From the NCBI GenBank assembly GCA_033762295.1, contig JANRLW010000014.1:1-64000 (forward strand): 64,000 nucleotides of DNA, read 5' to 3'. Source of the DNA: Capsulimonadales bacterium (lineage in GTDB: Bacteria > Armatimonadota > Armatimonadia > Armatimonadales > Armatimonadaceae). This document shows positions 9,173 to 18,785 of this stretch, piece by piece. The position numbers and the translations under genes were made by a program. Below the pieces are notes generated by a model, which saw only the letters and a list, made by a program, of their open reading frames with translations, was not told the origin of the DNA and searched no databases. Each line of letters starts with the position of its first letter. The stretch's first letter is position 1.

Positions 9173-10372
9173 TTAAAAACTTCCATGGGCGCCGAGCAGG
9201 AGGCCGAATCCGTAGGCCAGAGCGCCGCCCAGAATCCCGACAAAGGTCATTTCCAGTCCCTGCTTGACCCAGGATCGTCCGGTGATAAAGGTCTTGCTTG
9301 CGCCGACCGCAAAGTGGGCGACGATGGAAATGACGAGCGATTGGAGGACGGCTTCCATGCCTTTCGTGTAGAAGAACGGCACGATCGGCAGGAAGGCCCC
9401 GATGGCGGTCGAGACGGTGGCGACGACGGCGGACATCCAGGGGTTGGGCAGGCGATCCTCGGAAAGGCCCAGCTCCTCCCCCGCCATCGTCTTCAGGAAC
9501 TCCTCGGGCGAGGCGGTGAGACGGGCGGCCATCGTTTTGGCCTCCTCCTCGCTGAAGCCCTTGATCTGATACATTAGTTCCAGTTCCTCACGCTCGTGCT
9601 CCGGGTCTTCCTCGATTTCCCGGCGTTCGCGTTCAATCTCGGCCTCATGCACCTCTCGTTCGGACTTGGCGGCGAGATAGGCCGACGAGCCCATGGAGAA
9701 GGCGGAACCGATCATTCCGGCGAGTCCGGCGATCAGAACGAATCCCGGCTGGGCGTCGGTCGCCCCGGCGACGGCGGAAACGATGCCGAAGACCGCGCCA
9801 AGACCGTCGTTGATGCCGTAGATGGCGTCACCGATCCACGACCCGGTGCCGTGCGCATGCCACTTCTCCTGCGAAAGGAGGGAATCGAGTCGTGAACGCG
9901 GGCCGCCTTTCGCTTCCGCCGCCATCTCCTGCAGCCGTTCGGCATGGGCCTGTTCATCGGGGATGACCTGTTGTAAAATCCGCGTCGATTCCGGGTCGTT
10001 GAGGGCGGCGATCTGCGCCTGGTAGTCGGCGACGTGACCACGCTCCTCGCGTTCGATTCGACGGATCATGGCGTCGGAACCGAAGAGGCGGATGAAGCGA
10101 TGCTGTTTTCGCACATCCTGCTCGATCTGCGTCGGATCGACGGATTCGCCGAGGGCGGCGAGACGCTGTTCCCAGAGAGCGGCGTGCTCCTCCTCGGAAA
10201 CGGCCATACGAATCAGCAGTTCGCGGCGGCGCACACTCGGTTCGGCATCGGCCAGGGCGCGGTAGGTCCGGGCGACGATCAACTCCTCGCGCCAGTTCTC
10301 GCGCAGGACCCGCACCATCTCGTCCCGCTTCTTGCCGCCGACGGATTCGTTCTTCGCGGTGGGGAGGCTCAT
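9173..10372 (-). CDS. Ferritin/rubrerythrin-like di-iron domain fused to a VIT1/CCC1 transporter (MbfA-like)
   Basis: N-terminal E..EEEH..E..DEQAH four-helix ligands; C-terminal DAIYGINDGL, AFSMG and EELGL VIT1 motifs. Confidence 0.88.
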   Translation of the reverse strand: MSLPTAKNESVGGKKRDEMVRVLRENWREELIVARTYRALADAEPSVRRRELLIRMAVSEEEHAALWEQRLAALGESVDPTQIEQDVRKQHRFIRLFGSDAMIRRIEREERGHVADYQAQIAALNDPESTRILQQVIPDEQAHAERLQEMAAEAKGGPRSRLDSLLSQEKWHAHGTGSWIGDAIYGINDGLGAVFGIVSAVAGATDAQPGFVLIAGLAGMIGSAFSMGSSAYLAAKSEREVHEAEIERERREIEEDPEHEREELELMYQIKGFSEEEAKTMAARLTASPEEFLKTMAGEELGLSEDRLPNPWMSAVVATVSTAIGAFLPIVPFFYTKGMEAVLQSLVISIVAHFAVGASKTFITGRSWVKQGLEMTFVGILGGALAYGFGLLLGAHGSF

Positions 10373-10926
10373 GGTCTCCGGATCTCCTTTCGTTCCTCGG
10401 GTTCCGGCGACGTTTCCGAGGGACCGGCATCGGTCCGCATCGTCCCATCCGGATTCGGAATCGGGGCACCGTGCGGACAGGTATCGGGGAAGTTCATGAA
10501 CGCGTCCAGCCGCTCCTCGAACTGCTCGGAGATGACATGCTCCATCCGTTCGGCCTCGCGATGAGCGTCCGGCAGCGAGTAGCCCAGATAGTCGGTAAGA
10601 AATCGTTCCAGCAGACGGTGATGGCGGGAGAGTTCGACCGCGCTTTTCCTTCCCTCGCGCGTGAGCCGGGCACCACGGTACGGGGCGTACTCGATCAACC
10701 CCTGCCGCTCCATGTTCTGCAGCATTTTGGTGACGAAGGCGCGCGAGGTGCCGGTGCGGGCGGCGATATCGGAAGGCAACGCAACCTTCTCCGGGGCGTC
10801 CTGGCGGGTATCCTGGAGGGAATAGATCGCCTTCAGAACATCACCGGTCGCCTTGTTCAGGCTGCCTTCCCGTTCGATACGCTCGCTGACGGGTCTCGGA
10901 TTCGGTTCGGGTAGGGATTCCGCCAT
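10369..10926 (-). CDS. mntR: DtxR/MntR-family metal-dependent repressor
   Basis: Winged HTH, RHHRLLERFL, EAERMEH, CPHGAPIP; start at ATG 10926. Confidence 0.9.
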   Translation of the reverse strand: MAESLPEPNPRPVSERIEREGSLNKATGDVLKAIYSLQDTRQDAPEKVALPSDIAARTGTSRAFVTKMLQNMERQGLIEYAPYRGARLTREGRKSAVELSRHHRLLERFLTDYLGYSLPDAHREAERMEHVISEQFEERLDAFMNFPDTCPHGAPIPNPDGTMRTDAGPSETSPEPEERKEIRRP

Positions 10927-10986
10927 AGAATTAACCGAAGTTAAATTAACTTCGGTTAATTCTACCCGAATATTTTGTTTTGTCAA
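10926..10986 (-). promoter_or_regulatory. sigma70 promoter with overlapping perfect 39-bp palindromic operator (putative MntR double box)
   Basis: TTGACA(10986-10981)-16 bp-TAGAAT(10964-10959); TAGAATTAACCGAAGTTAA-A-TTAACTTCGGTTAATTCTA at 10926-10964. Confidence 0.85.
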
Positions 10987-11073
10987 GGGAAGAAGGGAAA
11001 CGAAGAGGAATCCGGTCGGCGGAGCGGGCCGATTGCCCGCCTCGCCGACGGATGGACGCGCCCGGAAACCGGA

Positions 11074-12006
11074 CTACGGGTTCGGCGGGAAGCCGTTGGT
11101 TCGGCAGTTGGCCGGATTGTTGCCCCCGTCGTAGGTACGGAAATAGGAGCACATATCCCGGATGGACGACGGCAGACCGTCATAATTGGTCGGCTGGTTG
11201 GCATAGCGTTGCCATTTGGCATGCCCGTCGACGTATACGAAGTTATTTCCGCCGGTGTGGCGGGGATTATTGGCCGACAGGGTCCGGCGGCAATTGCTGT
11301 CGGTTCCGGTCTGGGCGGCAGGACGCATCCAGGAGATCGTCAGACTCGACAGCGGCGGTTCGGTGGTGTCGCCGAACATGAGGACCTGAGCCGGCGCAGC
11401 GACCGACGCGAGTACCACTCCCGGGCGAACCCAACGGCGGATGCGAACCGGCACCGTCACCCCGAGAACATTGAGCGGAACGTCCGTATTGCCGTCGTAA
11501 CCGGACAGTTCGGCATCCGTGCGCGGGTCCTGCATCAAGCCGTCCCGGTCGGCGGAACTGCCGGAGGCGTAGCTGCTGAACCAGGTGGGGCCGAGATTGA
11601 AACCGTAGCCCCAGAGGAACGGTTCGCCGGTGGGGTTGTCGCTGCCGCCCGGCAGGAGATTCCAGGACCCTTCGGGGTCGTTGAGTCCGGGGCCGCAGAC
11701 GGCGTGGGCCTGCTGAACGGTGACCGGGAAACTCGGACAGGTGAGCACCTTCAGGTTCTTCAGGTAGGGTTGGATGAAGTACTTCGGGTCTCCGGGGAAA
11801 CCGGCCGCCCAGGAAGTCGGGAAGCGTTCATCGTAATCCTGCATGTACATGAAGGTACCCAGGCCGATCTGCTTGACGTTGGAAATGCAGGTCGTGGCGC
11901 GAGCCTTTTCGCGCGCCTGCGCAAAGACGGGGAAGAGAATGGCGGCAAGAATCGCGATAATGGCGATCACCACGAGGAGTTCGATCAGCGTAAACGCTTT
12001 TTTCAT
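11074..12006 (-). CDS. DUF1559 prepilin-type protein (#2)
   Basis: [13 protein letters not shown]..., [16 protein letters not shown] (H-X9-DG). Confidence 0.92.
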   Translation of the reverse strand: MKKAFTLIELLVVIAIIAILAAILFPVFAQAREKARATTCISNVKQIGLGTFMYMQDYDERFPTSWAAGFPGDPKYFIQPYLKNLKVLTCPSFPVTVQQAHAVCGPGLNDPEGSWNLLPGGSDNPTGEPFLWGYGFNLGPTWFSSYASGSSADRDGLMQDPRTDAELSGYDGNTDVPLNVLGVTVPVRIRRWVRPGVVLASVAAPAQVLMFGDTTEPPLSSLTISWMRPAAQTGTDSNCRRTLSANNPRHTGGNNFVYVDGHAKWQRYANQPTNYDGLPSSIRDMCSYFRTYDGGNNPANCRTNGFPPNP

Positions 12007-12101
12007 AACTTCGGTCCTCCGAAAGAGCGACGAACGTAGGAGAAACAGCAGGAAAACGTCGAACCGCATACGCGGGGGAACCGGGCGCTTTTTCCATTAG
12101 G

Positions 12102-12146
12102 AGTGTACGCCAAGGCGAACGGAACGCAGGTTAAGGTTCCGTTAAA
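12102..12146 (-). promoter_or_regulatory. PHO-box-like direct repeats plus -10 element upstream of DUF1559 #2
   Basis: TTTAACGG-aac-CTTAACCT (11-bp period), 20 bp, TACACT; same layout as the pstS promoter. Confidence 0.6.
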
Positions 12147-14787
12147 TTTTCTCGAGCAGGAAGTCGACTCCGTCGAGGAACGCCCCTTCCGGCGGCACTA
12201 CGATCGCTCGTTCGAGCGTCTTTCCGGTCGCGTCGGTCAGGCGCAGACGAAATCGCCCCGGACGCACGCGGTTAAAGGCGAAAAACCCGTCGTACGCGGA
12301 TCGGGTTGACGCGACGACCCGTCCCCCGGTATCGAGCAGGTCGAGAAAGATTCCGGCAGCTTCGCGCCGTGCGCTCCCCTCCCGCACGGTCCCGGATATT
12401 TCGCCGCTGCCACCGATCGGGAAATCGAGAACGGGGACGTTCCCCGGACGCGGCACGAAACGGCGTCCGGCGATCTGAGGTATCCGTAACGGATCGCCGA
12501 GCGACTCGGCTCCGACCCGGAGATGAGCGGGTTGGTACGGCGTCAACCCGTCGATCAGCAGGGTTCCGTCGGCGTCGGTCTTTTCGGACCACGGGTATTC
12601 GTTCAGGTAGAACCGAACGGACGGCAGAGGGGTTTCGTCGGGGTCCCGTCGACCGTTGGCGTTGGTGTCGAAAAAGGTTCGGACGAGCACCGCGCCGGAG
12701 GCGGTCCGCGTCTCCGCCGCGCCTTCCCACCGTCCGGTCTCCGGATGACGCCGTGCGCCGAGCGAAACGGTCAATCCCAGGCTCATCCCCTGGCGCGCGG
12801 ACAGTTCGAAGTTGGTCCCGTAGGAGAACGGCCCGACGGAGCGGGAGACGGACACGGTCAGACCGGTGTTCCGGTCGGCAACCGTCCGGTACAGGCTGAC
12901 GGAGATCAGGCGTTGATCCCGAAGTGTTTGCTGACGGCGCAGGGTGATCTGCCGGATACGAGGGTTCGGCGCACCGTCATAGGTGGCCTGTCCCTGCAGA
13001 CGATGGCCGAAGACCGGCGCGTTCAGCAGGATCTGTCCCTGCGTTCGCAACGGCCATCCCGTTTCCCGGCGGGCGGAAAACCGATGGGTCACCGTCCATC
13101 CGGCCCGCTGGTAGGTCAGTCGGTTGCGTAACTCCGAGTGGCTTCCTCCGGAGTGCGTCGTTCCCCGCCGCAGGTCGATCTCGGTCGGCAACAGCCGCAA
13201 ACCGCGTGGGAGGGCGATATTTCCGATCCGGAGCGCTGTCTGTTCCTTCCATCCGAAGGAATCGCCGCCGCGCACGGGCATATCGGGATGATCGATCAAC
13301 GACTGCTTCAGTTCGACGGGCAGGTTTCCGATCAGGGTATCGACCCCGTATTCGTGCGAGGTTCCGGTGCGCGCGTCGCGCAGCAGCAGGGCGTACCCGA
13401 GAATCCGCCCCGAAAAACCGCGCAGCCCGATCCGTGTGGTGGCGTGGATGCCGTCGTTCAGCAGTACATCGGCCCGTCCCAGGGTCAGGGAGAGGTTTTT
13501 GCGCAGGCCGAACTCCTCTTCCACGCCGAAGGGGCGAAACCCGTCCGCCCCCGGCTGTATCGAAAAGCGATACCGGTGCCTCCCCTTCGGAACCAGGGAG
13601 GAGTCCACATTGAAAACGCGGTCGATTTCTCGCCGTTCGCCGTGCGGGCCATGGAATACGAGTCGAAAACGGTTCCGACCGAAGAAGAGTGGGATATCGG
13701 GGAATTCGTAACGCTCCGCCGTGTCGGCGGCCCGGTACCCGATCAAGGCGGTATCGCGGTACAGTTCGACCTCCCAACCGGGCAGAATCGGTCCGGCGAG
13801 GGTAGTCACATCGAATCGACTCGGTCGGAACGAAGGAATATTATCGATCAAAAGCCCGGGACGGAGTCTCTGCCCCGGAAAGGACGATGTGCCGGCGACG
13901 GTCATCGGTCCCACCAGAACCTGCCGTGCCCGGAGGAATCCGAGCAGCCTTCCGTCCGGTCCTCCGTCGCCATCGACCTGTCCGACGGAAAAATGCGGGA
14001 CGCGCGGCGTCCGTCCGGGTTCGGCGAGGAACATCGCCTGTACGCCCGCATGCGCGATGTCGGTCGCAACGGTTGCTGAGTAGCGCAGGGCAGGCACGGA
14101 GCGACCCGGCTGCCGATGGAGAGTCACCGTCTGATCGATGGCCGGACTTCCGAAAAGCGCGTAGGGGTTCGGAGCGAGCGGAAGATCGACCGTGGGACCG
14201 TCGCCGCTCCGGGGCAGCGCCCGGCGTTCCCGCTCCCATCGTTGCCGTATCGGCAACGGTTCGCGCGGTCGCAGCCGAAGCGTCGCCGAGTAGGTATCGA
14301 TCTCCGGACCAAGCGGCAGCCAGCGTCCGAGCAGTCCCGCATCAACGAAGATATCGTTCCGGTGGACCTCGATCAGGCGACGGTCGTAGGGCAGGTTTTT
14401 CCCCTGCAGGGTTGCGGTTCCGGCGCGAAGGTCGAGACGGAAGCGACGATTCTCACGGAGGAACCAGCCTTCGGCGGTTCCCGATTCGGGAGCGATCGCA
14501 ATCGCCAGATCGAGCAGGCGACAGAATTCGCCCAGCGGGATCAGCACACCGCCCGCATGCCGGTACGCCTCCAGATCGCGGGTCAGGACCACGTTGTCGA
14601 GCAGGACAGCCAGGAGCAGCAGATCCTCCTCGGAGGGTTCGGCGATATCGATCGGTCGCGATTCGGGCCGGTCTCCGTCGGTTTTCCGCTCCTTCCGGGA
14701 ACGGTCGCGCCGTCCCCCCGCCTCCGGCGTGCGAATCGCCAGGACGATCGCCGGGGGCGCGGCGAAGGCGGACGCAACGTCCATCAC
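12142..14787 (-). CDS. Usher-like outer-membrane beta-barrel protein with C-terminal carboxypeptidase-regulatory/SdrD-like domains
   Basis: WEVELYR....IG, Y.F.DIPL.FG.N.FRLVFHGPHGE, FFDTNANGRRD and SAYDGFF motifs; follows pilin and chaperone genes. Confidence 0.7.
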   Translation of the reverse strand: MMDVASAFAAPPAIVLAIRTPEAGGRRDRSRKERKTDGDRPESRPIDIAEPSEEDLLLLAVLLDNVVLTRDLEAYRHAGGVLIPLGEFCRLLDLAIAIAPESGTAEGWFLRENRRFRLDLRAGTATLQGKNLPYDRRLIEVHRNDIFVDAGLLGRWLPLGPEIDTYSATLRLRPREPLPIRQRWERERRALPRSGDGPTVDLPLAPNPYALFGSPAIDQTVTLHRQPGRSVPALRYSATVATDIAHAGVQAMFLAEPGRTPRVPHFSVGQVDGDGGPDGRLLGFLRARQVLVGPMTVAGTSSFPGQRLRPGLLIDNIPSFRPSRFDVTTLAGPILPGWEVELYRDTALIGYRAADTAERYEFPDIPLFFGRNRFRLVFHGPHGERREIDRVFNVDSSLVPKGRHRYRFSIQPGADGFRPFGVEEEFGLRKNLSLTLGRADVLLNDGIHATTRIGLRGFSGRILGYALLLRDARTGTSHEYGVDTLIGNLPVELKQSLIDHPDMPVRGGDSFGWKEQTALRIGNIALPRGLRLLPTEIDLRRGTTHSGGSHSELRNRLTYQRAGWTVTHRFSARRETGWPLRTQGQILLNAPVFGHRLQGQATYDGAPNPRIRQITLRRQQTLRDQRLISVSLYRTVADRNTGLTVSVSRSVGPFSYGTNFELSARQGMSLGLTVSLGARRHPETGRWEGAAETRTASGAVLVRTFFDTNANGRRDPDETPLPSVRFYLNEYPWSEKTDADGTLLIDGLTPYQPAHLRVGAESLGDPLRIPQIAGRRFVPRPGNVPVLDFPIGGSGEISGTVREGSARREAAGIFLDLLDTGGRVVASTRSAYDGFFAFNRVRPGRFRLRLTDATGKTLERAIVVPPEGAFLDGVDFLLEKI

Positions 14788-15644
14788 GGCACCGTCAGCG
14801 TTTTCTCCGCCAGAATGCGTCCGCCCTCCGTCGCCGGTTCGCGGTAAGTCACGGTGAGGGTTCCCTGCGAAGGACGCCGTCCGGCGGGCGGTTTCAGCGG
14901 GAGAGTAAAATACCGAACGGGGTTAGGGACGTATACCGCCATCCCGTTCGACAGACCGACCGGAACCGGCTTTCCGTTGCCCGCCGGGGTAAAAGTCACC
15001 TGGAGGTCCCCATAGACGGAACCGTTTCCCTCCCGAAGGAAGGCGCCGGACAGGAGGAGAGCGCCCTCCGGCCCGGTTTCCGTTTTCAGATCCGCAAGGG
15101 CAACCGTGGCGGAAACCGCGCCATGGCGGACGATCAGAGGAATGGAGACGCCGTATACCGGGGTCAGACGCACGCTCAACCCGTTGGCGGGGGCGGGTTC
15201 GCCGGTGGGCAACGGGGAGGTGTCCGGTATCGCGCGGAACAGGAGGTTACATCGATACTCGCCGGTTTCGACCTGGGCGGGAAGGCGTAGCTGGACGCGC
15301 ACCACCTGGCCGGATCGCGGCGGCAGAGTGACCTGGCGCGGGGCGAATCGGATCAGGTCCTCGGCGAACTTTTCGCCCGGCAACGGATCGTTCACGGGGA
15401 TCAGTCTCCCGTTCTCATCCATCCGCCGTCGGATCAGGGACAGTCGATAGGTGGCCGGCTTATCGCCGTTATTCATCAGGTTGACCTCGGCCGAACGCCG
15501 GGTGTCGTCGAGGGTGATTCGTGTCGGCGTGACCATCAGGTCGCCGGGTCCCTGGGCGACGGCGGCGGAAGCCAGGATCGCCGGGAGAACCGCCGAAAGG
15601 ACCGCCGGGAGCGGAAGGGAAAGCCAACGGGCGGAGGGGCGCAT
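14784..15644 (-). CDS. PapD-like fimbrial chaperone
   Basis: Signal peptide; LMVTPTRI, FAPRQVTLPP..GQVVR, GEYR..LLFR and REGNGSVYG motifs. Confidence 0.85.
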   Translation of the reverse strand: MRPSARWLSLPLPAVLSAVLPAILASAAVAQGPGDLMVTPTRITLDDTRRSAEVNLMNNGDKPATYRLSLIRRRMDENGRLIPVNDPLPGEKFAEDLIRFAPRQVTLPPRSGQVVRVQLRLPAQVETGEYRCNLLFRAIPDTSPLPTGEPAPANGLSVRLTPVYGVSIPLIVRHGAVSATVALADLKTETGPEGALLLSGAFLREGNGSVYGDLQVTFTPAGNGKPVPVGLSNGMAVYVPNPVRYFTLPLKPPAGRRPSQGTLTVTYREPATEGGRILAEKTLTVP

Positions 15645-15754
15645 GGTGTTCCTCGGTTATCGAAATGAAAGCCGGTCGTCTGCAGGGAGCAGCCGACCGG
15701 CTCAGCGCTGGGCGCGGTGCGGTGACGAGAACGGGGTCCGAAACGGACCGTTAT

Positions 15755-16297
15755 TCAGTCGTAGCTGACGATGACGTCGAACGTGGCGGTGTAGGCGCCG
15801 GGTTCCTGATTCGCGCCGACGCTCAGGGTCGCGCCGACACTCAGCGTATCCGCCCCACCGTTCAGGACGTAGCTGTTAACGGAGGATTTGGTGAACGAGT
15901 CCACGGCCATGGTCGCGGAGTTCGGTCCGTTCAGAGTCACGGTGCCGTCGGCGGGCAGAAGAACATTGTAGGAATAGCCGGTCTGTCCGGTGATCGTGAA
16001 GGAAGCCGCGCCCGGCGCGTCTCCGACGGCGGCGACGAGAACCACATTTGCCGACCCGGTTCGGTTGCCGGCGGGCGCGATCGTAACCGTCCCGGCGGAG
16101 GACGTCGTGGCGACCGATCCGAACTTCAGGTCATTGACCTTGGTGATGCTGATCGGAGTGACGATGGTCGCTCCGGAGTTGGCCGTGGCGGTGTCTGTGT
16201 TCGTCTGAGCGGAAGCGGAACGTGCGCCACCGGCGATCAGAACGAGGCCCGCGAGGCCAGAGAGCAGAAACTTGACGCTGTTTTTAGCGCGGAACAT
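15755..16297 (-). CDS. DUF4402 / spore-coat-U-like secreted pilin subunit
   Basis: Signal peptide; DL.FG, AASFTITG, VGATLSVGANQ.PG.Y...F.V.V.Y; AAGGAG RBS. Confidence 0.85.
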   Translation of the reverse strand: MFRAKNSVKFLLSGLAGLVLIAGGARSASAQTNTDTATANSGATIVTPISITKVNDLKFGSVATTSSAGTVTIAPAGNRTGSANVVLVAAVGDAPGAASFTITGQTGYSYNVLLPADGTVTLNGPNSATMAVDSFTKSSVNSYVLNGGADTLSVGATLSVGANQEPGAYTATFDVIVSYD

Positions 16298-16626
16298 GAC
16301 TTTATCTCCTTTTGCTTTAGCGGTGATCCGGAGAATCACCGAATCCGCTGTCTCCCGAGGGTCAGATCGCTGTCTGACGGGCGGATTTCAATACGTTGGC
16401 TTGAAGGTACTCTCACCGAAGTCAGGTATCGAAGGGACTGAAACAGGTTTTTCGGAGGGCGGCTTTTCGGATCTCCCTGGTGTCTCGCCGCTTACATTCT
16501 AATGATAGGCGTCGGTGCCGCCCGGTCTCACGGCAATAATACGTTAACATTTTCACACCTAAATAAGAATTTTTAGTATATATAATTGCATTTATAAATT
16601 TGTCAGTTTGTTTGTAAACCCTGAAC

Positions 16627-16668
16627 TACGAGGGCCTCTCCGTTTACGCGTTCGGAGAGGCCCTCGTC
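16627..16668. terminator. Hairpin downstream of the flotillin gene
   Basis: ACGAGGGCCTCTCCG...CGGAGAGGCCCTCGT 15-bp inverted repeat. Confidence 0.6.
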
Positions 16669-16697
16669 GATCGGATCGTATTCCCGACTATTCCCGA

Positions 16698-18095
16698 CTA
16701 TTTCCGGCGCGGCGCGGGAGGCGGCGCGGGGTTGCCGTTGCCCACGCCCAGGTCATAGGGCAGGGGAGCGGGCGACGGTGTGGCGGGCGATGGCAGGGCT
16801 TGCGCAGGGGCCGGCGGCGGAGCGGGCGACGGCGGCGGGATCGCGACTCCGGGTCCGGCGGGGGCGGGAGCGATCATGTCGCGCAGTTGTCCGTTGATCA
16901 ACTGGGTTGCGAGCAGGGTCTGGATGACGCCGGTGATCTGGTCGGTCGCGCCGCCGGCCGCGCCGCGTCCCTCCCCGTTCGAGATGTTGACGAGTTTGGC
17001 CTGGGCCAGGGCGGAGGCGATGGCGGGCGTGATCTGGGGCAGCATCTCCAGCTGTCGGAGAGCCAGGTAGGCGTCCCCGCCCTCCCGGATGGCGTCGTTG
17101 ACGGCGCGGATGGCATCGGCCTGCGCCGAGCCGAGGGCGCGGATTTTGACCGCTTCCGCTTCGGCGGCGGCTTCCGCCTGAACCCGGACCCGTGCCGCGT
17201 CGGCGTTCGCCTGCGCGATCTGGGTCGCCTTCAACTCGGCCTCACGCTGTTTGGCGAGGGCGTCCTGCCGACGGGCCTCGGCTTCGGCGACCATGGCGGC
17301 GTTCTCGGCGACCCGCTGCTCCAGGTCGCGTCGTTTATCGGAAATGGCCTGTTCCGCCTGCAGCTGCGCCTCCTTGGCCCGCCGTTCCTGGTCGGCGGCG
17401 ACGATGTCGGCGTTGGCTTTGGCCTCGACCGCGGACCGGCGGCGGCGGGCCTCGGCGACCTCGCTCTGCACTTCCTTGATATTCAGCGAGTTGAAGACCA
17501 GTCCGAGGTCCTGCAATTCGCGCGAGCAGGCCGACTTGATGATGATTGCCAGACGGTCGTCATCCTCGACCGTGGATAGAGAGATCGAGGCGGCTCCGGC
17601 GGTGCCGTCGGCCTGCGTTTTGGTGGAGAAAAGTTCGTCGTGATTGAGGAGGTTGATCGCGCGGCGTCCCGTCGAGGTCAGAAGGTCCGACAGGATGGCG
17701 TTCTGCTCCGGCTCCGGGCGGGAGAAGAACTTGTTGGCGGCGGTCGTGATCATCTCATCGGTATCGCCGACGGACACGATCGCGGAGGCGAGGACGCGCA
17801 CCTTGATCGGTTTCGGAACCCCGGTCTGGCGATCGATGTCGGCGGTCTGGTCGGCGATATCGAGGTCGATGTTGATCGCCTTCGAAGGGATGGTCGTCCC
17901 GGTGGTGAAGACGGGGATTTCGATCGCCTTGCCCGGTCCCCGGTAGATCGCGGTACTGCCTCGCCAGGAGGTGACCAGGCGGATCGTCCCGGCGTCGACC
18001 GTGGTCAGAAAGCGGCTGATGATGAAGGGGATCAGCAGAATGACAAAAACGATGACGCCGGCTCCCGCAAGTACCGGTCCCAAAAAGCCTTCCAT
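16698..18095 (-). CDS. Flotillin/SPFH-domain membrane protein
   Basis: N-terminal TM helix, SPFH-like domain, AEA/EA coiled-coil repeats, Pro-rich tail. Confidence 0.85.
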   Translation of the reverse strand: MEGFLGPVLAGAGVIVFVILLIPFIISRFLTTVDAGTIRLVTSWRGSTAIYRGPGKAIEIPVFTTGTTIPSKAINIDLDIADQTADIDRQTGVPKPIKVRVLASAIVSVGDTDEMITTAANKFFSRPEPEQNAILSDLLTSTGRRAINLLNHDELFSTKTQADGTAGAASISLSTVEDDDRLAIIIKSACSRELQDLGLVFNSLNIKEVQSEVAEARRRRSAVEAKANADIVAADQERRAKEAQLQAEQAISDKRRDLEQRVAENAAMVAEAEARRQDALAKQREAELKATQIAQANADAARVRVQAEAAAEAEAVKIRALGSAQADAIRAVNDAIREGGDAYLALRQLEMLPQITPAIASALAQAKLVNISNGEGRGAAGGATDQITGVIQTLLATQLINGQLRDMIAPAPAGPGVAIPPPSPAPPPAPAQALPSPATPSPAPLPYDLGVGNGNPAPPPAPRRK

Positions 18096-18134
18096 AAATA
18101 TCCTCCTACGAACGGACGCGAACGAAAATGCCTC

Positions 18135-18785
18135 TTAAAGACGCGTTACCCGGCAGGTGTTCCGCCGACGGTCGATCGCGGTGACGACGAGTTTCTGGCC
18201 GGCGGTCACCGGTTCCCCCTCCCGGATCTCCTCGGGTTCCAGTTGCGCCAGGATGCGGACGATCTGTCCGTCCACGTTCAGGCGAACGATCCCCCGTCCC
18301 TCCCGATCGAACCGACTGTCGGCCTCCCCCTCGCGGGCGACCGCGGCGGACAGCGTCGCGGCCGGTTTCGAGGCGAAGGCGAAGATCAACCGGCGCAACG
18401 GCGCGACGACCAGATAGTAGAGCGCAAGCCCCCCGAGGGCGGCGATCAGCGCGACCAGCCATCGCTCCCGTAACTGCATTTGCAGCAGCAGTCCGGTCAC
18501 GCCGGCCCCGAGACAGAGGGTGAAGAGGGCGAGCGGCGACAGCAGGGAGACGAACGGCGAGGACGGCGGTTCCGGTCCGCCGGTCGGCGCATGGTTCGCC
18601 GGAGGGACTTCGGTATTCGGAAGCCCGTGAACATGGACGGTCTCCGGTGCATGACCATGGACGTGCAGGTGTCCGTGCAGGTGAAGGCCCCCGTGCTGGG
18701 CGTCGTGGTCGCCGTGGATAAATCCGAGAACCGTCTGTGCCAGAAGCCCGAGACCGCCCACCGCGGAAAGCAACTCATAGACCAT
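18135..18785 (-). CDS. NfeD/YqiJ-like membrane protein (flotillin partner)
   Basis: TM helices, His-rich loop, C-terminal OB-fold (GIVRLNVDGQ...LVVTAID..RNTCRV). Confidence 0.8.
   Translation of the reverse strand: MVYELLSAVGGLGLLAQTVLGFIHGDHDAQHGGLHLHGHLHVHGHAPETVHVHGLPNTEVPPANHAPTGGPEPPSSPFVSLLSPLALFTLCLGAGVTGLLLQMQLRERWLVALIAALGGLALYYLVVAPLRRLIFAFASKPAATLSAAVAREGEADSRFDREGRGIVRLNVDGQIVRILAQLEPEEIREGEPVTAGQKLVVTAIDRRRNTCRVTRL

Noticed and set aside
16300..16540. Possible c-di-GMP riboswitch upstream of the pilin
   Set aside because: No GGCAAA/GACGCAAA (class I) or class II core found by eye on either strand
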